A DNA stretch of 49,228 bases. Origin: Trichoplax sp. H2 (Eukaryota). The notes under the pieces were generated by a model. The model was not told the origin of the DNA, ran no database searches, and saw only the letters and a program-made list of their open reading frames with translations. A program made the position numbers and the translations under genes. Where the stretch lies: assembly GCA_003344405.1 (NCBI GenBank), contig NOWV01000026.1, positions 620,001 through 669,228 of the forward strand. The letters run 5' to 3'. Positions 15,370 through 27,980 of the stretch are shown here, one piece after another. The stretch's first letter is position 1. The number at the start of each line of letters is the position of its first letter.

Positions 15370-15412
15370 AACCATGGACTACTAGATGTACCATATCCCG
15401 TAGTCCATGGTT
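15370..15412. repeat. 13-bp perfect inverted repeat with 17-nt spacer
   Basis: aaccatggactac (15370-15382) and gtagtccatggtt (15400-15412). Confidence 0.85.
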
Positions 15413-18400
15413 AAATATGTACTCTCTCTAATATTGAGTCTCTTTCTGGTAGTACAGACTAATAATAATCTGCTATTTATTGGTAATGATTATAATTAGC
15501 CCTTTCTAGTCTAAAGACAGATATTCATGCCTAGAATCGGTAGCCAATCGATACCCTAAAAGGTGAGTACGATTACGAATAAAACATAACATACTGAAGA
15601 ATTACATGCAGTAAACAAGTACATGAAGTTTTAGAAGCAAGGAGTTCAACTAGTTCAGATTGAATTGAAAGCAATACTTGAGCAGTCAGCAATAGACTTT
15701 AAATGGTTACCGTACTGAATACACTATCTTCGTTAGTTTCTTCAATATTCATTCATAATCATTTTTGATGCATCATGAAAACATCGATAAAGTATCGAAA
15801 TACAGTCACTTGCATAGCAACTACTACTATAAATACTTACTGGTATACAGAAACAAATTCGTCTTGTGTGACTTCTTGAGTGAAGATCATTATTATGTAA
15901 AATAAACTTCATTATTTTTTCTTTTGCAGTTATTGGATCAGAGTCTAATCAGAGACGGTGGTCTGCACAATTGCAGAAAAGTGCCATACTATATTAAGCT
16001 ATATTGCAAATCCTGAAGAAATTATTCAAAGGCACTATAAATGAAATCATCTATTGATCTAGAGCAATAATAATTAATCTTGAACAGAAATTCTCTAAAA
16101 TGTGAGCATGACAACTGTCGCAGGGAGTCTCATCTGGTAATATTAATTTATTGACGTAGTAAATGCACAGCAGTAATGCAATCTCTAATGAAGTTTTAAT
16201 GGAGCACAAAACATTTGAAAAGTTTATTCATTTTCCTGGATAAATGTAATATTAGCCGAAAGATTAATAGATTACAAACACAGTTGCTCTGTTACTTATA
16301 AATTTACATATCAATATCTGCCAAAAATACGTTATAGGATCAAATTTATCAATGTCGAGTTTTTCGAAACCGTTAACAAAGTCAGCAACTTAAATTTAAC
16401 AGAAATCATGAATTAATCATTTTGGAATTAAAATTAATAGATATTAATGCAGTTAGCAGCCCGACATTCTATTACTTGTTATTCTCATCCAAAAAATGAC
16501 AATAAAAGAAAATATAAGATAAAAGTCGATATACGAGTATCTACTTTTTTTCTATGTAATGATTTGTAAGGCGTAAAAAATTGGACTTTAAGTGTTTCTT
16601 TCAAATGAGTTTATAACTGAACATTATAATTTTGTAGATTACGTCGTTGTTAAAAGTACTAGAACCTCCAATACAATCTTCCAGTTATCTCGGTCACCAT
16701 AAAAATTTATTTTTGAAGAGGCCTGATGTAACACTCCAAACCAGCATTGCAACAAATTAAAGTTTGTATACAATACAACTAGCATAATCTGATGTTGTAT
16801 GCATTATAAACATCTACAATTCTTAATAGAAGAACTAACACTATCAGCTGAAATATAGAATTATTACGAAAGACTGATCATTATCTTCAAATGGAATGAT
16901 AAATTGTTTACTAAAGAACTAAGCAGCTGGACTACTCTATCTTATTGTACGATTATAGTACATCTATGTCACAAGAATATTTGTGAGACTCAAAACATAA
17001 CCTTGTCAACTATAATTTAGGACCTGAAACGAATGTAAATATCATTTATCAAACAAGTTTATTATTTCAATTTAATTGGGAAATAACGTATAATTTTCTA
17101 TAATTTATTCATTAATTTTTTATATTGTCAAATTTTCAATATACTGGAAATTTTATGAACTCTTACGTATTTAGAGCAACTTTGCATATAAAGCTTAATA
17201 TGGCTAAGTAGGCTACAGAAATAGCCTAGGTCTATATCAATCTAAAAGTATTCATTGCTTCAGATACCAAGCAAAACATTCAATGAAATAGCGACATAAG
17301 TTTTACTAGATCTTGTGTTATGGGAAATAAATTGTGTCAACAAGCAGCTAAGAATATAGCATCTTCCAATACTTCGATTTAAAGCATTTTATACCTGCGT
17401 ACAGACGTTAATAGCTTTCTTTTATAGTCTGAATGTCTAATCTGCTCCTAAGACTATCAATACTTAAACTATAAATGATTAATAAATAGTTAATTACTGT
17501 ACGTATAATAATCATCGTTTAATGACCTATTTTGCTTGCACTTTTGAACTGCAGCACATGTTAGAGATTATTTCCTAATAGTCCTGGAGTGAATGAGTAT
17601 GAAATATAATGGCTATTTCAGATACTGACGCACTCTTAGTAGTATAATCAGTCCGCTAAATGAAATACAATCAGTAGATAGAAACCTACTATGTATAGGC
17701 CAGAAAAGGTAATAAAAGAGAAGTGAGTACTGCAGATAAACAACTTTCACGGTTATTCATACTTTCATAGTGTAGGCTACTTCAGGTTTTGTTAAGTGTT
17801 ATCGCACGATCTAATATATCATGCCTTCATAAGCTTAAAATTATATCTAATGAATGCCTCAGTGAAATTTATATTTTTTTATATAACCTATGATATTATG
17901 ATAGAGGGACAAATCATAAGCCTATCCTTAGATTTTGTTTAGAATATTGAGAAACAATTATTCTATCGTAGATTTAGTTACTGGTGTTGAGTCATTAAAA
18001 GTGAGAGCTAAAATTTTAAACCATGCTTTGTTTTAAGTGTTATTCATGATGAATATTAAAAAATATTTACTTGTCCATGTCTATTATTTATTAATATCAA
18101 ATTTTGGCAATTATACACCTGTAAAAGCTTAAACAAATTTTAATTTTAATCGAAGCATAACCTTAGCATTATCAATAAAGCTAAGTCATAATTGTGTTGA
18201 TACTTATTATTTGTTACACAACCATTACTTGATCATAGCAATAGTATAAAAATGGATGAATCCCAAATTATTTTACTTTACACGCAAAGCACTGCACTAC
18301 ATATAAGATGACTAAAATTACTTATGATACAGAAGTTATGGCAATTTCATTCATAAAGTATTATTTCTTGTGCATCCTTAAACTTGACACTACATTATTT

Positions 18401-21119
18401 GATTATTTGCAACAATTCACTTCAAATATCTTGATTATCTTATTCAGTTGCCAAAGCTCTTAGTCATCTGCTGTAATACTCTAACGACAGATTTTCTGGC
18501 TAGCATAAATTTAGAAAATACAAAGTATTAAATCCTTTTATTCTTAGTTACTGAGCACAGTAATGCATTTCTAGTTCGCTAAACCAATATTATTGCAGTA
18601 ATTATATATAATTAAAGCCTCAATTTAACAGTGGTACTGATATTTATTTTTTTCCTGAATACTATAAATATATATATAAAAATTTAAATTAGAAAGCTAC
18701 TTTATCAATCTTACATATTTCTGTCATACACCTATGCTGCGAATCGTAATATTTTATACATAGCACTTATCATATAGAATTAGCTCGATGAAATGGTTAA
18801 AAATTAACTACTTTAATCATCTACTGAAACGCCTATTAGCGCTCGAAACTTTTATAGCTGATGCTGTAAGACATAATCACCCTTAATAAAGAAGAAACGT
18901 TCTACAAATTAGGTTATGTTTCGTCGTATTATTCGTAATGTAGAATTTTCATGACTGCCAAAAAAGTAGATAAATATTTACCTCCGAACTTAATTTTACA
19001 AATTCTAAATACGCATGAGATCTTATTTTATTGTAACTTTAACAATTCTAATTTCCGTATATTTTTCTAGAAATCGAAGCATCCTGCTTTGATCATGACC
19101 AGAATACTTAAAATATTGTTCTGAAAATTATTTTACTTCTATTTTATCGAATCGAGCGGAATTCGTATGAAGAAAATTATTCTTTTATGCTACGAACTAA
19201 AATAATGGTACGTTTGATAAAACGAAATCGGCAACATTATATTAGCACAATAAGTTCTACGAGTAAAATTTTACTTATGTAAATAATGCAAAATAGGATT
19301 GCCTGTTTAATAAATATTATAGTCATTTACTGCTGTTACTAGTATGTTACCATTTTCAAGAATTTTATTTTTCTTACTAAGACCTTGTTTATTTACAGCT
19401 TTTCAATTTATTCGCTACTTCGCAGCCGTGTCTCATTAGGAAATAATTGGACATGTAATTTGATAGTTTTGCTTTAGCACATTAACGATGATGCTTTTGT
19501 TGCTATTGAAAAGACGTCAGGTACTGCATGTATACTACATTGTTATCTAATGAACGATATTTTATGTAAGCGGCTGCGATCAATATAAACTTGAAAGTAT
19601 AATCCGTAATAAGCAATAATATTTTAACTCTCTACATACAGTACGATGATATTTAAATAATATCGCTTTTAACTTTATATTCAAATTTATATACGTACCT
19701 AAATCATGTGAATTTAGCTTCCGGTATGAATGCAAAGAGAAGATTCGGTAGTCACAAGTAATAACTTCATGTCGTAGTGGCTGATGGAAATATTAAAGTG
19801 GCAATGCAAATAATAGTGCTACATCTTGCTGGTATTATATCTCACATGAATTTTATTCTGCTATTTTAGTAGGTGTATCGGACGTAGTTCAATGCCAACT
19901 ACTGATATCTAAGAATGTATAGCATCACTATTATTCTAAGATGCTGAATAATACGAAATGTATCATATTTAAGCGCGTGCGATATCTTATATCAATTTTC
20001 ATTTCAAAGCAGGAAAGCTTTACTCCAGTTTGCTTTGGTGGCGTTACTAGCTACATGGGTTACTGCTTTAGACCTATTTCTACGGAAGAATCAGTTATCG
20101 ATAACTTCTTAATTCATGACTAAAATTATTACGATATAATTTCTAAAGGTATTGGGCGGAAAAAAATATAAACAATCACCAACATTAAAGTGCAGGAAGA
20201 ATAAAATTAACTTTATCATTGAATTTTATTATGTAATGCGATATCACTACTGCTAATTCAATATTATTTTCATATCAATTATTAAACTTGTATTTTATTC
20301 ATTACGAATTCATGAACGTAAATTAAAAACCTATATCTTTGTTAATAATATTCTAAATAATGAAGGTTACTGATCCGTTTCCTTAGTTAAATTACATCTG
20401 TTCGCTAGTTATAGAGGATAAGTAGGGAGCTGAAAATTATAACAATTTTAATTTAAAACATTCAATTGTCTTAAAACCTTTGACATCTATAAATAATGAA
20501 TAAAGTTGTTACTCATATTATTAAAACATTCACGTACTATATATACTTCATCAATCGTTAGCCAGCTAAATTATGTAAAATGCCCGGTAATGAGCCAGAG
20601 GAGTCAATTTAACAGCAATATTATCGTACTTAATACAATCCTTTAGCCACATTTTCAATTTCAATTATTCTCTTCCCGGTACGATGAAACTAAATTAAAA
20701 TATGTCTCTAAAAAACTCTGAAATTAGTTCTCAACTTAGTTTACAATATCACACCGTACTATCTGAAGAAAATTTAAATATCATGTTCAATTTACATATA
20801 GTATAAACTACCCATTATTGTTGTGCAACGTTACTCTGTTTAAAACTCTAATTGTGATGGACATATTATACCGATCTTCCATCGATTTCTTTGCTTTAGG
20901 TTTTCATTTCTAATGAAAAAATTCTGACCTGTTTTGTAATCGATATTTATTTCTCGTTTAAAATCTATCTTTATAGAAAGATTCACAGAATCTCTATAGC
21001 ATCAACGATTTTTTATCTTTTCATCGTTTCCTATCTTTAAATTTTTAGTCTCTAATTTTCAGATCGGAAATATTTATTCTTGCAGGTATCGCCAAGATTA
21101 AATTATCAAATCTAAAAGT

Positions 21120-21467
21120 ATGAAAATCTTGAAAGAAATTGTCATTTTGGCTCTAATTGCTAATATCGGCTGCATGGGTGTTCCTCAAAATCGGTATGGC
21201 GAGATGTCTGATACAGATATATCAGACCCTCAAACGAATGAAAGTGTAATATTCACTAATGAAATTGTAAACGCGATAGAGGATTACTTGTCTCGATTGG
21301 AAAAGGAAGACACAGCCGTTTATAAAGTGCGCGATTCCGTTTCATTGCGTCATAATAGCTTTGCTGATAAACTAGCAAAATTGCAAGTGCTACTGGAGTT
21401 AAATAGGATTACACCAATATTCAAATTTGCCCATAACCAAAGTAGAAAAAAAATGCAAAAATCCTAA
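21120..21467 (+). CDS. Orphan secreted protein, putative peptide precursor, 115 aa, uninterrupted CDS
   Basis: Longest ORF in the track. N-terminus MKILKEIVILALIANIGCMG is signal-peptide-like, followed by an acidic middle and a basic C-terminus. A strong acceptor (tttattcttgcag, ends 21085) 34 nt before the ATG implies a 5'-UTR intron. Confidence 0.75.
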   Translation: MKILKEIVILALIANIGCMGVPQNRYGEMSDTDISDPQTNESVIFTNEIVNAIEDYLSRLEKEDTAVYKVRDSVSLRHNSFADKLAKLQVLLELNRITPIFKFAHNQSRKKMQKS

Positions 21468-24400
21468 TTAATTACCGTATATAACAGTAGCCGATTGGTA
21501 GATGATTCTAATAACTAAATGTAAGTTGATCACTCTAGTATTTATCCTTTTATCGATTAATATCTGAGTTTCCGATATTTCATGCAGCGTAGAAGCTTAA
21601 ATTTAGCATTATTGAGTCTAAAAAACCGATTTATCAAAATGAGTAAAATTCTCGGTTCTTGAAAAAATATTTCATTTAAATTGTAAAACGTATACCTTTC
21701 CAGCGGCTAAGAGGCTTTTTGAACATAAAAATAGGATTGATGTGTCTCAGAATAAAATGCTTACACTTCTTAGGCGATAATTGCTGCCTTTCTTATTTTA
21801 AAAATATGCTGCAAATATAATCAGATACACAATTTAAATTTTACTAGATTTATATGTGGATGCCAATATTCTCTCATCTTTATTCAGTTACGCATTTTCA
21901 ACAATTAATTTTAATACGAAGTAGACAATTATCTTAACTCACACATTGCATTATATGGTATTCTGTCGATAGTATTCTCTTTCAATTACAGTGACAGAAA
22001 GAAATGATTCCATCGTATGCACTTAAATCGTAGAATGATAATTATTAACTAGATAACGTCTTATAAGAATGTTCGAGCTGCAATTCTGATTAATTACTGT
22101 ATTTCAATAACGTAATATCTACAATCATGCAGTTTAATTTAATGTTCATTATGAAGTTGTTTAGTATTCACTGATATTTAGTACTAATATCTATACTTTC
22201 ACCCTAATTACACAGCAATCATATAAACTTATTTCCTATGCTACTCGTAAATGTATGGTAGTACTAATTAGAATTTTGAGTAATGTTTTATATCAATGTG
22301 ATCACATACCGCGTAAATATATGAATAGTTTTGGTTGAACTAAATAAATAAAGATTTAAATTAGTTTTTTACAGTAGTCCACGGGCTAGTTTAATGTGTG
22401 ATAACAAGGATATTATAGTAAATGAAGTAGCAATCAAATATAATCAATTAGTATAAACGGGTTTTGTAACTTATTTATATGCTTTAACATTAGTCAATGA
22501 CTATAGATTGAAACACATAAAATACTATAGTCATGAAATATTTAATTTTGAAATATGTCTCAACGGCAGTACTGTACATAATAAATAATCTTATAAAATG
22601 CATTTAAACTTCAGTTTTTAGCACTATTAGATTATACAGATCATGAGTGGATCAGAGTCTAACATCGATCGTATTTACGGAATAGAGCTCCTTATGCCTA
22701 CGCTAAAGCTGCGATATCTTTCCTTAAATTAAAGCATTTAGTCCAAGTGTCATAAAATCGAACTATCCTTGCTATCTGAACAGCATGTAGGTAGCTGCAG
22801 AATGCGATTTTAATGCAATACTTAACATTTCTTAATTCTCAGATGGAGATTTTGAATAACTACCAGTATCTATTCAAAATACCTTCACCCCTAGAAGAAT
22901 CAAATCGATCTAATAGCTCAGGATATTTTATGCCATCTAAATACTTGTATATCTAATTATTGGAGCAGAATATCGATTTTAAGATTATTTAAGTACCTTT
23001 AGCTATTGTTATTGAAAAGACGTCGAATATTGCGTCATTTATAAATCAGTATATATTAACGGTGATAATAACTGACCAGTTCTAGGAACTTTTATAGCTT
23101 ATTTATAATACTCTCAAACTAACGGAATATTAAAAGGTCAAATAATGCAAGTGGTATTCAGCAATCAATGAGAACTTATTATTCAATCAGCCTATTTTAA
23201 GGTAATCAATTCCACGAATTTTAATAATAAATAGACTGACATTCTACTATATTCATCATTCATATATATGAATAATAATTCATACGATATTTTTACTTGC
23301 TTATTGGTTAGTCTACATAATTTACTTAAATAATTTATAGTTTATTATCACGAATACTGTACCTGTTGAGGTGAATAAATACGAAAGTTTGTCGACTAGA
23401 CCTAATTCCTTCAATGTGTATACGTAATGTACTCATCTTTAGCTCAAATACTGTAGCTTAAATCAGATTGGAAATACTTTTCTATTTTGAAATACTTACA
23501 CTTAATCGCCCTCTTTATAGTGCAATTTGAGTCTATTAATCGTTGCTAGTAATCAGGATATAATTGCAACAGAAAATAGATATTAAACGTAAGAAATGTC
23601 AGGTAGAACTAATTTGGTTCCAATAGTTTCAGAAATCATAATTTTCATGTAAAGGTTTTTTTTCTACTAGAGTTTGGTATTCTGCGAGATGTATCTATCA
23701 GCGATAAATAAGAAGGGAGCCAGGTCCATAAATTCTACTGTTTTTGCCATTCCAAAATTATCCCTGAGAATTCTTAGATAACTAAATAACATAATCTTTA
23801 AATTCCTATACAACAGATATTTATGGATAAGTAAACTGAATTAATACAGCATACATTCCTGTTACGCCCCATAAATATCTGACAAGAAACATCAAAAATA
23901 TTTTCAAAATAATTTGTAAGTTTTAATCTAGAGTACTTGTGATGTTTAATCTAACTTTATTACAATCTATAATTTTTTGTTTACTAGATAAATATTTCAT
24001 AAAAGCAATTAATAGTACAAGCGATTAGATGTTGTATTAACGATTTAATCGCTATTATTACTTCAAGGAATAATGGCAATAATAATGATTAATAATTCTT
24101 TTTAGTTCTATGGATCATTTAATAGCTATCGCTATGAACTCCTACTGTCAGCGACGGAGAATGATAATTACCGGTATTAAATAATCATACCTTATACATA
24201 TCTTAATTGTTTAAGTAAATTTGATAATATGCAGCCTTATCTCAAGAATAAAAGAATAATTGATACAATTATTAGTTATGGATTCCTTACAAATTAACAT
24301 GCTTTTTTGTTATCCTACTCAAATAATTGTCAATGGGATAACTTTAATAAGTTACCTTCAGCATAATAAACTTTATTGAATTAAATTTTAAGGTTATCAA

Positions 24401-26745
24401 AATTTAGTTTACGTTTAAATCAGTCAATGACTTACTATAATTTCGATAAACTTCGATGACATCTTAAATACTATCAAGGAACGTAACTTAAAAGGCACGA
24501 ATTCTTGTAAAAGGATATTTCAATCCAAATTATCAATAGAACTATCATTTATAGACGAATAAGTGCCGTTTATTAAAGTTACTGACTACGATGGCGGTTG
24601 AGATATTGTCAAGACACTCGAAACGTTGAGGTCCGCCGAAAACTATTGCTTTTACTGTAATTATTATATATAAGGCCGTTCAATTTAAAACAGTTGCTGA
24701 AAAGTAGAAATTTACAATTAAAAATTAATATAAAACGATAGATTAACTATGTGAGGATCTAATGAAATTAAAATCAACATGTATCGTCAAAGTTTGCCGA
24801 AATTATCATCACTTCATTAACCCGTAAACATATCCAATTATGTTGCCACTACTGTGCATAGTGTCAAATTTTACGATTCTATGAAATTTTTTATATCAAT
24901 AGAATTTAATAAAACTCAGTATAAATACACAATATAGCCTTTCATGTTTTTCACTTCAAACCGATGGTCATAATTTATTGACATCTTTATAACTTACCAC
25001 CATGTGCTTGGTACAAATCAGCATAAATTTTATTTGATAATTGGTATACTTTGTCTATACTGAACAATTAATAGCTATGAAACCAATCATTTGATAAAAT
25101 TCGAGTGGTTTCAAAATTGCTTATCAAAATAGATGATTATTTCGTTTATTAAGCTAGCGCCATCGCTAACTTTGAAGTAATATCTTTTCACAACTAATAA
25201 ACTATTTGTTTGTCTTAAACGCAAATATATATCAATATAAAACGCGGACTATAAAAAAATCTTAATGTACGGTAGATAACTACTAGGCATAAAATTTGGA
25301 AATCTTTTAATCTCTCAAAGGGGCTAGTGTTCCATTCTCATAGATAGTCTGATGGCTCCTTAATATTAATCTATCGACAGTTTAATATGTGTTGCTATAT
25401 CATATGCTAAGAAAATGTAAGTTTGCAGAAAATGAAGCGATTTAAGACACGAATGGGACTTTGGATCAAATCTATCGTACCTAATGTTATATCGAATTAT
25501 AATAAAGTTAGTAGCTATTATCTGCGACTATTAATAATAAATATGGCCTCGTTATACGATTGATCATGGATAAATCATGAGCAAGTATTATGTTACTTCA
25601 TATTAACGTCGCATAATTACGTATTCAAAGAAGATTTCATTATCAATATTAATCTATCTTCTCTAAAAACAATTTATCCTTATATAGCCGGATTTCATAA
25701 AATGCATGAACCGTAACGAAATAAATCAAGCTGTTTCAGGGCTTTATGATCGTATCCTAGACTGAATTAATTCATTGACGATAATATTTATTGTACAGAA
25801 GATTGCTAAATACAGCATGTTTTATTTAATTGGATTCTAAGTGTACCAATAAAGTGGCATTATGGCACTATTTGACTGTGCATAGAAATCTAGCGTTGAT
25901 AATTATGCACTATACATTGAATAACACCTTTAGTATTATTCTCTTAAAATATCGAATATTTCTGATTGACAATAAAACGGGCATTTTTAATATGTATTAA
26001 TTACGTTTTCTTGACCTTACTAATCATGTGTCTATATAAATGCCTAATTTCCTAAAAGTGGGCTACAATTATAATCTAGAATTAAAGTTTAACAAAGCTG
26101 TTCCTTTATTTCATGATCTTATTTAGCGTTTAAGATAATTCAGCTTTTTCATCATGCTGGCACTAAACTATGAATGATTAAGGCACTAATTCATATGTCT
26201 AATTAGATTGAACTTACATTATCAAATTCACTTTACTCCCAAGTATACACTAAGAATTACATCTTCAAGCTGATATTGATTAAATATCTTATCATTATTT
26301 ACAGATGATGATTATAAATATCAGTTTTATTTGTGTAAACAATATTTTATAAAATGTGTGCGCTCAGCATATATAGAAATCGATCTTATAAAGAGATTAA
26401 ACGTAATAAATGCTTTAATTTAATTTAACTATTTACTAATATGTATTTTTAAAACAATTGTAGTCAACTATGAATGTGAATATAATACAGCCTATTCATT
26501 AATGCTAATTTCCTGTAACATTGAACATAGAAGAACTTTATTGAGCTTATTTTATTGAACCTAAATTTATCATATTATTACCAAGTTTAAAATGTGATAT
26601 TAGCCACCCTATCTTATCAGATATAGCTATGTTTTTTTCTTTGAAGTAATATTATAGGCTGGTATGCCATATACAGATTTAAATTAAGCCAGCTGAATCA
26701 ACAGTGAATACAATAATAATACCCTTTTACAGTGTTATTTCATTA

Positions 26746-26777
26746 CTTTATCGAATTTAGTCTTTATCGAATTTAGT
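26746..26777. repeat. 16-bp tandem duplication
   Basis: ctttatcgaatttagt twice, head to tail. Confidence 0.85.
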
Positions 26778-27980
26778 CTGTGGGTAAAAAGGAAAGAAAT
26801 AAACGAAGTGGGAATAACAACGATAGCGACGGTCCTTGACTATAATTTGTCTTCCATCCTTCATTGCAATAGTTTAAAGTGTAATAGACACGTCGTTATT
26901 TACCTATGTAAGTTCTCGTAAATTAAAAAGTTAGCAAATTTCATACAACCAATATTTATGTAGCCACTACAGTATCTAAAAATGGTGAAGTCCTTTATTA
27001 GCGATTTCAGATAGTAATATCAACAATTTCTAAAGATCGATATTTATTTAAACTGAAACAAATGGAGTTGCATTGGAAATTCAATAAGAATATTTTAGCA
27101 TTGATATAACCTTTATTAAAATATAGAAATCAGATAAAAATAGCCTATATCCGCCTTTTCTTAATGATACGCATACTTAATTTATATGCATAAACAATAA
27201 ACGAAATAATAATAATAATCTTCAATGGTTTAGGTATTGAATATTTTATTACTGTTCGTCTATTAATTCCGCTACACCTTGAATAATGTAAATAAACTAT
27301 TTATGTAATTTTAATGCTAGCCAGTATAAATTTTCGGAATCTCGATAAATTTAGATTCATATCGTGATAGCGATTTGTTAACAAGAGCGGTGGAGTGGTA
27401 AGGATAAATCTCCAATATAATTATATTACTGTTTGTTCTAGGTTATAGAAAGTTGTAAATTAGAAACCTAAATTCATAAAAATTGATCTACGTACCTAAT
27501 AGCATAATCTAGAGTTTCATTCCGTGCATATTATTCAATCAATATATAAAAATTGCCCGGTCGTATTAACCTTATCTATTCGTTGAAAGAGGTATAACTA
27601 TCGAATTTCAGATTATTTCTTTTTTGTTATTATAATTGACTTGTCTAGCCAAAATATTGTGCAGCTAAATGCATTAATTTGCATATTCATTTATTATAGA
27701 TTTTATTGGGTACCAAGCTATCGTAATTTGTTCGCATCGCTCTTACTGAATAATTACGTTTTGATACTATTCGATACTTAGATAAGATTTTTTCTTTATT
27801 GCGATAAATATACGTATAATACTACGGTATTATTGGATTGATCCAATTCCTCTTGTCACGAACTTTTTGATCTCTGTCGCTAAGATTAAATGGATCTGAA
27901 CATATTAAGTGAAGGAAAATAATTAATCTTTTCTATTCCATCATACCATTATAGAATCACGAACATTAATTGAATTTGAT

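Noticed and set aside
15934..22662. Short dispersed matches (tggatcagagtctaa at 15934 and 22648; tattgaaaagacgtc near 19504 and 23010)
   Set aside because: 15-nt matches whose flanks extend little or not at all; chance or old repeat debris, not interpretable.
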